52,617 nt of DNA from Desulfobacterales bacterium (GCA_013375375.1 JABXJX010000004.1:1-52617), one strand, 5' to 3'. Positions 19,327 through 29,351 are shown, counted from the first letter of the stretch. Notes: generated from the letters alone by a model not told the origin. Made by a program: numbers and translations.

Positions 19327-19872
19327 ATGTCAATGAATTACGAAGAACTCGATGAAACAACTCGCGACATAATGCTTTCCGAGTTTGAGTCTGAAGAGGC
19401 TGGTGGAACTCCGTATCGTAGCAAAGCACTATCGGACCGTGGCTTGAAGGTTTTTCCGCAGCTTATGAGAGATGCCATACGGAACGGAACAGAGTCCACC
19501 TTGGCCAACTCACTCAACGATGCGTCGCTGTGGGAGCCAATGGAGACGTACGTACGCGACGGTGTATCTCGTCAGCGAAAACGCAATGTTCGACAAGCAT
19601 CGGAGAGACTTGCAACGACTGAGTTCAGCACATGGTATGTTCGCGGCCTAGCGCGGCGCTTGTTGGATGAGGGAGTGACATCCTGCCGAGTATACCGCGG
19701 TGCACAACCGAAATGGGAACCGGGCGAATGTGCAGAGCACGAGGGCCGCATCGTAGATGTTAAAACTATCTATGACAATCATCGCGTCAGATACTGGCCG
19801 GAACCGGGAGACAAGGAAGCCTTTTCCATTCCCTTTGGTCCGGGTTGTCACCATGTGATCAAACGGGCCTGA
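19327..19872 (+). CDS. Hypothetical protein with possible distant MuF/phage-head-morphogenesis-like C-terminus
   Basis: aaaggaga RBS; ERLATTE...C..HEG...IPFGPGCHHVI. Confidence 0.6.
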   Translation: MSMNYEELDETTRDIMLSEFESEEAGGTPYRSKALSDRGLKVFPQLMRDAIRNGTESTLANSLNDASLWEPMETYVRDGVSRQRKRNVRQASERLATTEFSTWYVRGLARRLLDEGVTSCRVYRGAQPKWEPGECAEHEGRIVDVKTIYDNHRVRYWPEPGDKEAFSIPFGPGCHHVIKRA

Positions 19873-19926
19873 CAAGTCGCTCAAGTGGACTCGGACAAGT
19901 CGAGCCTCTGAGCTTGGGCGCTATGT
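19867..19926 (+). other. Degenerate integron attC-like site (60 bp)
   Basis: GCCTGAC (R'', contains the stop) - GCTCAAG - GGACTCGG/TCGAGCC - CTGAGC - GCTATGT (R'). Confidence 0.45.
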
Positions 19927-19966
19927 GTAAAAGTGAGTTAGCCCTAAACCAAAAAGGAGATTCATT

Positions 19967-20194
19967 ATGGAACGATACAAAAATCTAGGAGGTAATTCTG
20001 GGGTTTCAGCCTACGAAATTGGAGATGATTCAATAAAAGTTGAATTCAGTGACAACGCTCTCTACCTGTATACCTACGCAAGCGCTGGGAGCCATAATAT
20101 CGAGCAAATGAAGAATTTAGCGCTTCAGGGGCATGGGCTAAATAGTTTTATTAACACTACTGTACGGAAAGGATATGCGTCAAAATTGAGGTAG
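19967..20194 (+). CDS. KTSC-like small protein
   Basis: S.V.AY......I.VEF.D..LYLY.......G.GLNSFIN; aaggag RBS. Confidence 0.65.
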   Translation: MERYKNLGGNSGVSAYEIGDDSIKVEFSDNALYLYTYASAGSHNIEQMKNLALQGHGLNSFINTTVRKGYASKLR

Positions 20195-20237
20195 ATTAGG
20201 ACCACTTCTAATCGAAGAGGACAATGGGGAGGACAAT

Positions 20238-20356
20238 GGTGTCAGACGCACAATTGACGAATTACTATTGCCCTCATAATAGTAGAGCCAATCGGGGCTT
20301 CGCTACATTTATAGCAATGTTGAATTCAATTTTATCAGATGTGTAGTTCTGACACC
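20238..20356. repeat. REP-like element with GGTGTCAGA/TCTGACACC ends
   Basis: Inverted ends, preceded by a tandem gaggacaatgg duplication. Confidence 0.55.
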
Positions 20357-20549
20357 GTTATTTTCTTGGAAGCTACAGCGAATCCGGTAATCCGGTGGGT
20401 TGGAAGTTATTCAGAATGGACAAGCTTACCGGACTAGAGATCACAGAAGAAACTTTTGCAGGGCCAAGACCACAGTACAATCCCGACGATAAAGCAATGG
20501 CTGAGATTTACTGCTGCCTTTAATAGACTCAGAAGAGCCTGGTCTTAAT

Positions 20550-20688
20550 GGGCTGTTGCCCAAATCGATATTTGTGGGATTCTTGTCAAATCCTCAGCAT
20601 ATTGTCAATTCTAACTTCTTGAATTCATTATAGCCCAACTTTTGCCAAAAAGGCTTTTGTTGTCGAAATTGGGTTTGGGCAACAGCTC
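20550..20688. mobile_element. MITE-like element, 15-bp terminal inverted repeats
   Basis: GGGCTGTTGCCCAAA ... TTTGGGCAACAGCTC (14/15). Confidence 0.55.
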
Positions 20689-20806
20689 GCTAACATTTGA
20701 CAATCTCGTCTTTGCCCCTGAAGGATTTGACCTGCTCTGATTCCCCTTCGTTTTCATCGAAGACACAATGGTTACTTATTAGGCGGTATTGTTTTTCAGT
20801 GAAATC

Positions 20807-21271
20807 TTAAGAGACTACTAATGGTGAGAAAAAGCTCCAATTGATGTCTAATTCTATATCAGTCGGCGGTTGGATTTCTTCAAAGCTGCTTCTGTTATTG
20901 CATATCGGGTAACACCCAAAGATCTTGAGGAAGTCATTGATGAAGTAGTTTTCAAGTTCTTCTATGGATTTTTTCCAGAATGATTTCACAATTTCGAAAT
21001 TAAGGTATGTAAATGATACAGGATAGTTCTGGGCATAATTAAAGACAGCAGGATTTCCAACCCCTGATATATGATCCTTGAGCCTGCCTCCGATGCTGTA
21101 TTGCTTTGAATCGCTTTTTCCGATATAGATAAGCCTGGACTGCCCGAATGGATATGGAATTTCTATCTCATCCGTATATATGAGGTACAGGCCTATGTAT
21201 CCCTTCAATGGATTTATGGCTATCGGTGTAAGCTTGTATGAGCGCGGGAAGGTAATTTTTTTGGTTTTCAT
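20807..21271 (-). CDS. GIY-YIG nuclease
   Basis: IGLYLIY...LIYIGKS......RLKDH...ELE..FI..F...FG.YP.CN. Confidence 0.75.
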   Translation of the reverse strand: MKTKKITFPRSYKLTPIAINPLKGYIGLYLIYTDEIEIPYPFGQSRLIYIGKSDSKQYSIGGRLKDHISGVGNPAVFNYAQNYPVSFTYLNFEIVKSFWKKSIEELENYFINDFLKIFGCYPICNNRSSFEEIQPPTDIELDINWSFFSPLVVS

Positions 21272-21374
21272 GATAACTTGCTATAATTATATGTGATTAT
21301 ATGCCTTGTCCTTATTTTCGATACCTTTTTAAAACGGAAAACAAACCCATCAAAGGAAAAAAGGAGCTGATAAA

Positions 21375-21575
21375 TTGTCAGAAAAGAGTATAAAACCGGG
21401 TGAGGAGATAGTCAACGAATTCTTCGAAAGACTCAGGGATGAAAATGGCTTAGATGAGAAAACACGAGATGCCTTATATAAGCTCTATAAACAAGGGATT
21501 TTCAGGAAGACACAGGTAAAGAAGGCCCTGGATGAAATAAGGGGAGAGGCCCTTGGGGAAGAAGATGCCGACTAA
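21375..21575 (+). CDS. Small helical protein coupled to the downstream ATPase
   Basis: aaggag RBS, TTG start, 66 aa, overlaps the ATPase start. Confidence 0.6.
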   Translation: MSEKSIKPGEEIVNEFFERLRDENGLDEKTRDALYKLYKQGIFRKTQVKKALDEIRGEALGEEDAD

Positions 21576-23976
21576 ACTGAAGAAGATTAAGATTGAGGGA
21601 TTCAGAGGAGCCAGGTTTCCTCTCGAATTGGATTTTACCAAGAACGCCAAATCGACGGGGATTTACGGGGATAACGGCGGAGGGAAAAGTACTATCACCG
21701 ACGGCATCGAATGGTTTTACACTGATAGGGTAGACCACGTATGGAAAGAGGATTGCAAGCAGGAATGCCTCAGGAACACTCGCTTCCCGGATGACAAGGA
21801 CGCTGTTGTAAAGATGGAGTTCAGTGACGACAAAATCAGCTCAGATAAAAGCATCTCTTCTAGTTTCAAGAGCAAATTTTCCAACACTTCCCAAGACTTC
21901 AAAGATTATTTGGCGCAATCTGGAAAGGAACGGCTGTTCCTCAGATATGGAGATATACTCAGATTTATTCTTCTGACTAAAGGGAAAAAGCGTACTGAAA
22001 TGATGAACATCATCGGCTACAATGCTGTCGTTGATGTCAGAAACACATTAGTAACGGCATGCAATGATATCCAAAGAGACTCTAGATATCTTCAGGTGAA
22101 AGGGCAGATTACCAAGAATGAAGCGGATCTTATGCAGCACTTCAATCAGCTAATAACGGAGGAGAATGAGCTTTATGAAGTTGCGAACGAACTGGTTGAA
22201 CCTTTGAATATAGGAATCCAAGTTGCTGATAAGCAATCCTTCAAGCAATCCATGGAAAAAATCCAGACCACTTCCGATAAAGAAAAGCTGAAAAGGAGTA
22301 CGAAATTATCAGATTTCAAAAAAGCACTAGAAGATATGAAAAATCAGATGGACAAAACTGAGGACTATGACGAATTCCTCAAAGCCTATTCCGGCATACT
22401 CAAAGACAAAGAGAAAATAAAGAAGATAGGCCTGGGAGAGCTTTTGGAAAAAGGTCAGAAAGCCATAGAGGACCAGATAACAGGAGAAAACACTTGCCCG
22501 CTTTGCCTCAGCGAAATCGACGCTTCTAACGTCCTTCAGCAAGTCGCAGAAAGGATACAGGAGCTAGAGGAAATCAGCAAGGAGGTCGATGAGACAAACA
22601 CAAAGAAAGGCTCAGCCCTAGCTAACCTAAGAAACATTAAGAGTGCTGTCGCTGAAGCGGAAAGAAAAAAGCTAGATGATGACCCTGACTTCCAAACAAT
22701 AATAGGCATAGTCAAAGAGTTAAACCAGGCAATGGACGAAACGATAAAAGATACAGAACAAAAATTCCAGAAGATGGAAATACTCCAAAAAGACCCCGAC
22801 ATGTTTGAGAAAAAGTTTGACGCTGCCAAAAAGGAAATAGATGAGCTGCTCCCAAAGATTCAGGAAAAGATAGACGCTCTGGCAGAGACAGACGCGCAGA
22901 AACGCCAGTACGAGGCATATGGAAAACTGAGAGACTTGGAAAGGATATTTGAAGAAAACAAGACACTGTCAAGAGAGCTGGAGATCTTCGAAAAGCAAAT
23001 TGAAACGCTGACTAAAATAAAGGATGACTTCATCCAAATTCAAGCCACGGTTCTCCAGGACGCGCTTGACGCAATATCTGGAGACGTGGACACTTTCTAC
23101 AATATGATAAATCCTGAGGAGGGCGTAGAAAACATCAAGCTCAAACTGATAGGAGAGGAAGGAGTAGAGGTCCAATACGACTTCCACGGAAAGCAAGAGC
23201 ATCCTCCCCTCAAGTACCTGAGCGAGTCACACCTCAACTGCCTCGGCATATGCTTGTTCCTAGCTTCGGTCAAGCTGTTCAACAAAGAAAACAAGTTCTT
23301 CATCTTGGATGATGTTATCACAAGCTTTGACAGCGACCACAGGATACCTTTTCTGAGACTGTTGCAGGAACGTTTTTTAGATTATCAGGTGGTCCTGCTT
23401 ACCCATGAAAAGTTCTGGTATGAATTGATAAATGCGGAAATGAGACAGTTCGGCTGGCTTTTTAATGATGTCAGCTGGTCCATAGAAGACGGAATAGAGC
23501 TGCAGCAAAGCGTGGTAAGCGTAAAGGACCGGATAGGCTACAAACTTAGTCTGGGAATATTAGATGTTGGGAATGATCTTAGAAAACTACTTGAACAAAT
23601 TTTGAAAGAGGTATGCTGCAACCTAGAAGTCAAGGTAAGCTTCAAGTTTAACGATGAAAACGAGCGGAGGATGGTGGGCGAGTTGCTGAGCGAGCTGCGT
23701 GCCAGGCTGAATAAGCAAAAATGCGATATAAAAGACCATCCTGTCCTGAAAAGGCTGGCAACATCGTCACGCTTAACGGCCCACACTTCACATGACTCGC
23801 CACCATTTGAATCAAAAGGCGACATCCAACAAGTCCAGAAAGATATAGAGGAATTCGAGAGTCTTTTCCTATGCCAAAACTGCGGAAAGTACGTATCGCT
23901 GCAATATAAAGATGAGCCTGGCAAAAAAGTGAAATGCAGGTGCGGAGACAAAGAGCTGGAATGGGCATTCGCTTAG
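21565..23976 (+). CDS. SMC/Rad50-like ATPase with zinc hook and C-terminal HEPN-like/Zn-ribbon region (RloC-like architecture)
   Basis: GFRG, GDNGGGKS, coiled coils around CPLC, LSESH, ILDDV, LTH; C-terminal LRKLLE...AHTSH...CQNC...CRCG. Confidence 0.8.
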   Translation: MPTKLKKIKIEGFRGARFPLELDFTKNAKSTGIYGDNGGGKSTITDGIEWFYTDRVDHVWKEDCKQECLRNTRFPDDKDAVVKMEFSDDKISSDKSISSSFKSKFSNTSQDFKDYLAQSGKERLFLRYGDILRFILLTKGKKRTEMMNIIGYNAVVDVRNTLVTACNDIQRDSRYLQVKGQITKNEADLMQHFNQLITEENELYEVANELVEPLNIGIQVADKQSFKQSMEKIQTTSDKEKLKRSTKLSDFKKALEDMKNQMDKTEDYDEFLKAYSGILKDKEKIKKIGLGELLEKGQKAIEDQITGENTCPLCLSEIDASNVLQQVAERIQELEEISKEVDETNTKKGSALANLRNIKSAVAEAERKKLDDDPDFQTIIGIVKELNQAMDETIKDTEQKFQKMEILQKDPDMFEKKFDAAKKEIDELLPKIQEKIDALAETDAQKRQYEAYGKLRDLERIFEENKTLSRELEIFEKQIETLTKIKDDFIQIQATVLQDALDAISGDVDTFYNMINPEEGVENIKLKLIGEEGVEVQYDFHGKQEHPPLKYLSESHLNCLGICLFLASVKLFNKENKFFILDDVITSFDSDHRIPFLRLLQERFLDYQVVLLTHEKFWYELINAEMRQFGWLFNDVSWSIEDGIELQQSVVSVKDRIGYKLSLGILDVGNDLRKLLEQILKEVCCNLEVKVSFKFNDENERRMVGELLSELRARLNKQKCDIKDHPVLKRLATSSRLTAHTSHDSPPFESKGDIQQVQKDIEEFESLFLCQNCGKYVSLQYKDEPGKKVKCRCGDKELEWAFA

Positions 23977-24045
23977 TTTAAGGGAGAACTTAGGAGCTGT
24001 TCTTGACCACGCTGAATAAGTCTGATGCGAAGATCGGAAGTGCCC

Positions 24046-24207
24046 ATGGCAGGTAGATTTGGAAAATATGGTGATTTAAAGCGCAAGGAGCGTTTGCGCA
24101 AAAACCGCCTCAAGCCACCTGTTCCTCAGCAGCGAGGAAAGGACAAACCTTTAAAAGGGTCTCGAAAGAGCAAAGTGCCGCGCGGAGTTCAAACAGAAGA
24201 GCGATAA
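24046..24207 (+). CDS. 53-aa basic junction micro-ORF
   Basis: Paralogue of 18811; followed by a family B linker and a ggatgtcccgg end. Confidence 0.55.
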   Translation: MAGRFGKYGDLKRKERLRKNRLKPPVPQQRGKDKPLKGSRKSKVPRGVQTEER

Positions 24208-24296
24208 AAAAGAATCAAATGTTGAAATATCATGGATGTCCCGGACGTTTCCAAACTCATTATTTCTGATCCGACCCTGTTAGTTCTCGAGGAGGT

Positions 24297-26063
24297 TTGA
24301 AGATGAGAATTCGCGCAATCCATGCAGAAAGTATCCCGCCCGTTCAAGTCTTCTCCGTGTCTGAATTGTCAGACACCATAGTAATTGCAGGCCCAAATGG
24401 AGTTGGAAAGACTCGATTGATAGAATCATTACTGAAGTATTTCAGAGCGCCGCAAAAGGTCACGAATATAAAATTGGAACTTGAAGCAACGTGCAAAGAA
24501 GAAGCTGATGCGTGGGGGAAAAAGACTTTGGAAACGCAGAATCCGGAAGATACTCAGAAGTTTACGGTGACTCTGCAGCGAAATCGTCAACGTCGCAAGT
24601 GGAGAAGTAGCATTATTCTATTTGAAAGTGACAGAACTATCCAGAAAATACAGCCTTTTCACTTCACCTTCGATTTGGCAGACCCGTACGAGGAAAGTAT
24701 CGGCTGGGACGTCACATTCGGTTATATGCGCAATAGATTTCAAGATACTTTGCATTCAATATTCAGAAAAATAGAACATCAGAAACAGAGTATCGCCTCA
24801 AGAGCTATTGAATTAAAGAAACAGGGTAAAGAGATAATGCATCTCAAATTCGAAGACCCGATGGAACCATTTAAGGAGGCATTTTCCAGATTATTGCCAG
24901 ATAAGAGTCTGTTAGACCCTTCACCCAAAAAGCAGACTTTAGAGTACGAGTTTGAAGGGGGAACCTTCGACGTAAAAGCTCTTAGCTCAGGCGAAAGAGA
25001 GGTAGTCAATATCGTATTCGACTTCCTATTAAGAAGCCCTGAACACTGTATAGTGTTTTTCGACGAACCGGACCTACATCTGCATCCTGAGTTGATTCAT
25101 AGCTTGATTGATACGCTTGGATCTATAGGAAAGAACAACCAATTTATTTTATGTACCCATTCGGCACATATCATAACAGCCTCTTTGGATAACTCAGTCA
25201 TTTTCTTATCCCCAAACAAAGGAGATAATGAGAATCAGGCAATGGTCATAGACGAGAACGATGAGACAAACAGGGCTCTGAAACTTCTTGGACATTCCAT
25301 AGGCATAATCTCTTTGGGAAGAAGAATTGTATTCATAGAAGGACAAAATGCGAGTTTGGACAAACAAACATATGGAACAATTGTCAAAAATAGATTTCCA
25401 AGCCTCGTTTTAGTTCCAGGTGGGGGTCGAGATACGATTGTAAGCTTTTCAACAATAATGGAAAATATTCTTTCCAAGACGCTTTGGGGCGTAGACTTTT
25501 TCATGTTGTGTGATAGAGATGCCATTCCTTTTCATGAGCCTGGTAAAGATATCGAGGCACTATCTCGAGGCCGACTGAGATTGCTCAGCAAGTACCATCT
25601 CGAAAACTATTTCTTGGATGAGGCTATCTGGGCCAGTATTTTCTCTTCAATGGAGCCGGAGGAATCGTGGTTAGTTTCTTCGGATGACATATACGAGTTT
25701 TTTAAGGCAACTGCCAGAGAGTTTCTTTCATATGTCACCGCCTTATCAGTTGCAGGAAGTTTACGAAAGATTGTTGGCAATCTTGATATTATGCCTAAGA
25801 ACTGTCACTCTAAGTCGTTGGACGAGCTATTGCCAATTATTCTACAAAAGAGGCAGGAAGAACAACAAAGAGTCGAAGATATTTTGAGATCAGAAGAAGT
25901 CTCTGAGTTAACTAAACAGACATACGACAGACTGAATCAGAGTATTGAGGATGACACAGCATTATGGAAAAATGAAATTCCGGGAAAGCCGATACTGCAT
26001 GCATTTGCCAGCAAAGCAAAGATTCCTATTGGCAGGGCCAAAGAGAATGGGGTCAAACCTTGA
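24297..26063 (+). CDS. ABC-type ATPase fused to TOPRIM-like (OLD/DUF4435) nuclease; C-terminus clipped by hairpin
   Basis: GPNGVGKT, LSSGE, FDEPDLHLHP, CTHS; FIEG....D, GG, CDRD, LENY; final ENGVKP* is encoded by the 26041 element. Confidence 0.8.
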   Translation: MKMRIRAIHAESIPPVQVFSVSELSDTIVIAGPNGVGKTRLIESLLKYFRAPQKVTNIKLELEATCKEEADAWGKKTLETQNPEDTQKFTVTLQRNRQRRKWRSSIILFESDRTIQKIQPFHFTFDLADPYEESIGWDVTFGYMRNRFQDTLHSIFRKIEHQKQSIASRAIELKKQGKEIMHLKFEDPMEPFKEAFSRLLPDKSLLDPSPKKQTLEYEFEGGTFDVKALSSGEREVVNIVFDFLLRSPEHCIVFFDEPDLHLHPELIHSLIDTLGSIGKNNQFILCTHSAHIITASLDNSVIFLSPNKGDNENQAMVIDENDETNRALKLLGHSIGIISLGRRIVFIEGQNASLDKQTYGTIVKNRFPSLVLVPGGGRDTIVSFSTIMENILSKTLWGVDFFMLCDRDAIPFHEPGKDIEALSRGRLRLLSKYHLENYFLDEAIWASIFSSMEPEESWLVSSDDIYEFFKATAREFLSYVTALSVAGSLRKIVGNLDIMPKNCHSKSLDELLPIILQKRQEEQQRVEDILRSEEVSELTKQTYDRLNQSIEDDTALWKNEIPGKPILHAFASKAKIPIGRAKENGVKP

Positions 26064-26125
26064 TCAGTGATTAACATACCGAAGGTTTGGGCTTGATCAC
26101 AAATCAAGGTTTGACCCCATCTATC
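26041..26125. repeat. 85-bp REP-like hairpin element, identical to 18068-18152
   Basis: Exact sequence match. Confidence 0.9.
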
Positions 26126-26128
26126 CAT

Positions 26129-27523
26129 TCACATGCCCCCCAGTTTAAGTCGGTCAAAGTATTCCTGCATACTACCCTCTTCTTTTCCATAGCGAGATAT
26201 TTCGTCTAAATGAGAGAGAATTCCCCTCAATGACCATACTACATAGTTTCTTATGCTCCTCACAGTAACCCAATCTTTATCCCAGTCAATGACCTCTCCA
26301 CTGTGTATTATTTTACATCTTAGACGGTATGCTTTTTTGAAATCCTTTTTGCAGCTGTATCGCTCATCAGGATGTGGTGTCATTAGTAAGGCTACATTCT
26401 CAGCTAAATCATCTGCTGCCCCTCTGAAAGGATCAGGGCCAGTCGCCAACAAAGTTTCCAAGCCTATGAACAAACTTACAACCTCGTCTGTTGAGTCATC
26501 TTCCAAGTGAGACTTCAAAAACCAGTCAAGACAACGTCTTATTTTGCCTCTGATACGATTCTTGTCAATTCCCTGAAGTAGAGAGTTGTATTGTTCCAGA
26601 TAGCAAGACTTCTTAAGGGCTTCCAACGTCTCAGTATCGATAATGAATGCTTCTCTTGCCAAGTCTATTGTTGACCATAAAGTGGAAAACTCTACGGCAC
26701 ATCCTTTGTCCTTTTCTCCCCACAAATAATACCTCTGTATCCCACTTTTGTTGCCTTTGAATGCTCCACTTGGCTGAACTGCCTTGGTTTTAATCTCAAA
26801 TTCTTTGTTTTTTACATTAGAAAGAAAGTGTCGGCAGAAAACCAGAAATGCAAAGACCTGTTTAAACTCTGCCAAAGCCTTGTAGAAAACCAAGGATTTT
26901 TCGTCTTTGTGATGGTATCCAGATGCTTCCGTGGTAAGAGCTACATGATCTAGGTTTTTTGAGATTACCTCTTCTCTACTTTGCTCTGTCGTCCCAAGCA
27001 AAGTTATTGCAGGTTGAGGTCTAATCGTATCGGGGAAGTCTTCGCTGAAAAAGAACGTAGATTTAGAAAAATGCACATTGCCGATTGTCAAAATGTCAAC
27101 ATCGGTCAACTCAATTAGATTGGTTAGAAGTGAAATCTTATAATTCCCCTGTAATTCATTGACAATCCTCTTAAATTCGTCAATCAAAACAGTGATCATG
27201 TCATCATCCAAATACTCATTCAGTGCTTTAGTTATCTCTGGGTTCTTTTGTTTTATTTCTTCGTAAGCCTTTTCCGTAATAGCTGTAAAGATGCTATGCG
27301 CTGTGTCAACATTAATGTTCTCGTTTAGTTTCTTTTCGTTTCCCAACACAAACAGTCTCAACCCTAATCCACCGTTGAAATAGTCGTTGGTATACTTGAG
27401 GCCACCTCTGAAACTATAAAGGTCACCTGCCTTATGATCGAGAGATTCTTGCGGGCCAATCCAGGAAAGTGCGCTCATAAGGTAAATTCTGAAGTTCTTC
27501 TCAAAATCGCCTGACAGTTTCAT
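26129..27523 (-). CDS. ApeA-like HEPN domain protein
   Basis: LFIGLETLL...LAENVA...KAYRLRCKIIHSG (RxxxxH). Confidence 0.75.
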   Translation of the reverse strand: MKLSGDFEKNFRIYLMSALSWIGPQESLDHKAGDLYSFRGGLKYTNDYFNGGLGLRLFVLGNEKKLNENINVDTAHSIFTAITEKAYEEIKQKNPEITKALNEYLDDDMITVLIDEFKRIVNELQGNYKISLLTNLIELTDVDILTIGNVHFSKSTFFFSEDFPDTIRPQPAITLLGTTEQSREEVISKNLDHVALTTEASGYHHKDEKSLVFYKALAEFKQVFAFLVFCRHFLSNVKNKEFEIKTKAVQPSGAFKGNKSGIQRYYLWGEKDKGCAVEFSTLWSTIDLAREAFIIDTETLEALKKSCYLEQYNSLLQGIDKNRIRGKIRRCLDWFLKSHLEDDSTDEVVSLFIGLETLLATGPDPFRGAADDLAENVALLMTPHPDERYSCKKDFKKAYRLRCKIIHSGEVIDWDKDWVTVRSIRNYVVWSLRGILSHLDEISRYGKEEGSMQEYFDRLKLGGM

Positions 27524-27627
27524 ATTGCCTTCGTGGGGTATCTTCAGCTTAGATTAGTGGTTTACCGAGTTTACCGTGAAATCCTAATGGCTTGTACCAC
27601 AGAACAAGCTTATTGGCAAGAGTAAGA

Positions 27628-27856
27628 GGGGTCAAGTCTACGTTTGACTCTTAGTCAGGAAGGGGAGTGAGAGCCGGTTCACGAGGCCAGAAAGTAGAAG
27701 ATAGAGGAATTGAGCGTTGTAGCGGAGCTATGGAGCCTCAAAGTGGCAAAAAGGGCGGATCGGCGTCCATTTGGCACTTAATTTCCATTTGGTCTTGACT
27801 TTTTGGTAGTTTAGGGGGAAAGGTCAGGTCTTCATTCTTGACAAAAAGGGATGAGA
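27628..27856. repeat. Composite junction with two GG(G)TCA ends
   Basis: ggggtcaagtctacgtttgactcttag (also at 38623 and 40700); ggtcaggtct...ttgacaaaaagggatgag (also at 16966). Confidence 0.75.
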
Positions 27857-27864
27857 GTGCGGCT

Positions 27865-28518
27865 TTAGTGTTGCAGTGGCACGAACGGCCCCCTATGCGT
27901 CTTCATGAGAGCATGAATATAATAAGATTTCTTGGAATCACTTTCTAAGCTTAATGTCATTAACTTCTTCAGGCCCTCAAAATTGGTGGTGCTATTTTGT
28001 GAGCAATAGACAAACAACGTTCCTTTTGGTGATTCTTTGATAATCTTGTTTGCAAGGCAATAGGAGTTGGATTCAAAGCAATAGAAAGTGGCAATCTCTT
28101 GGAAATGGACGTTCCTGTATGTATGATCCCTACAGAAATTACCCTGGATAATACTTGCAGGGACCTTTCGAATGATTCCCATGGCCTGAAGTCGGCCAAT
28201 ATTTTGTCTAGCGACGTTTACAAGTCTGGGATCGTATTCAATCCCTAAGGATGGGATGCCAAAACAGGATGTGGCAAGGGCAACGATCCGGCCGTCAGCT
28301 GATCCAGCATCACAAAGAAGCTTTGAGCAGTCCAGCAAGCCGGATAACTTGAGTTTATGCAGGCCTTTGGCTGCGATACGAAGATCGCTTGCAACAAAGG
28401 GCTGGCCAATAGCAGTTAACCGATTGTATATGTTTTGATTTTTGATTCGAGTCTCAGCTTTATCAAAATATGAGACAAGTTTTTGCAGGCATGATTCCAT
28501 GTACAGCGAGACTGCCAT
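27865..28518 (-). CDS. Class I SAM-dependent methyltransferase (DOT1-like)
   Basis: LCDAGSADGRI, SLGIEYD and IIQGNF motifs. Confidence 0.65.
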   Translation of the reverse strand: MAVSLYMESCLQKLVSYFDKAETRIKNQNIYNRLTAIGQPFVASDLRIAAKGLHKLKLSGLLDCSKLLCDAGSADGRIVALATSCFGIPSLGIEYDPRLVNVARQNIGRLQAMGIIRKVPASIIQGNFCRDHTYRNVHFQEIATFYCFESNSYCLANKIIKESPKGTLFVYCSQNSTTNFEGLKKLMTLSLESDSKKSYYIHALMKTHRGPFVPLQH

Positions 28519-28740
28519 GGCTGAAACCTTTTAGTCCCTTAGTTGTTTGTGTATCTGGAGCCTACTTTATAATCGGGCAATTTCTGTTCCAAAACCGTGG
28601 ATGAGATCTGTTTTGACCAATAACCAATTGTTATTGTATGAAATTTTACGTTGGTTGTAGTTGCATTGAGACGAGAAACTTCTGGCCCAAGGGAACAATT
28701 TGAACCACAAAGACTTGCGGAAGGAACAATTTGGCCCTGT

Positions 28741-29145
28741 TAGGCAGGTAGTATTATGAATATGATTGACTGTCCCCGGTGCGGGCAGGGAATATCAGAC
28801 CAGGCAAAGTCATGTCCGCACTGCGGCTTTAGTGTCGCGGTGGCACGAGCAGGACACTATTTGGAGGGATTTCAGAAGCTCCACCCAAAGGTATACAGGG
28901 CGCTTAAATATCTCTTCATAGTTGTCATATTTGGTGTTGTTTTCTGGTTGCTTACACGGCGCTAATAAAGAAGGAACTTCGGAGATCCGGAACGTTATTG
29001 ACTATAAGGAAGTGTCCATGGCAGGTAGATTTGGGAAATATGGCGATTTAAAGCGCAAGGAGCGTTTGCGCAAAACCCGCCTCAGGCCGCCTGGTCTTCA
29101 ACAGCGGGGAAAGAACAAACCCTTAAAAGGGTCTCGAAAGAGCAA
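28741..29145 (+). repeat. About 400-bp direct repeat, copy 1 (zinc-ribbon gene + micro-ORF)
   Basis: Near-identical to 30660-31039. Confidence 0.9.
28756..28965 (+). CDS. Zinc-ribbon membrane protein, copy 1
   Basis: CPRC...CPHCG plus C-terminal TM helix. Confidence 0.7.
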   Translation: MNMIDCPRCGQGISDQAKSCPHCGFSVAVARAGHYLEGFQKLHPKVYRALKYLFIVVIFGVVFWLLTRR

Positions 29146-29179
29146 AGTGCCGCGCGGGGTTCAAACAGAAGGGCGCTAA
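29018..29179 (+). CDS. 53-aa basic junction micro-ORF
   Basis: Paralogue of 18811 with mostly synonymous changes. Confidence 0.55.
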   Translation: MAGRFGKYGDLKRKERLRKTRLRPPGLQQRGKNKPLKGSRKSKVPRGVQTEGR

Positions 29180-29351
29180 AAAAGGATCAAATGTTGAAAT
29201 TTCATGGACGTTCTGGATTTTCCCTATAAAAATAAAGGGTTAACCCGGTACGATTTTAGGGCCGAGGAGAGAATCACAGAGAAGTTACGACAGTATTAGC
29301 CCAACCAATAATTATCTTGACTTTAAAAATTATCGGGTTATAATACAACCC

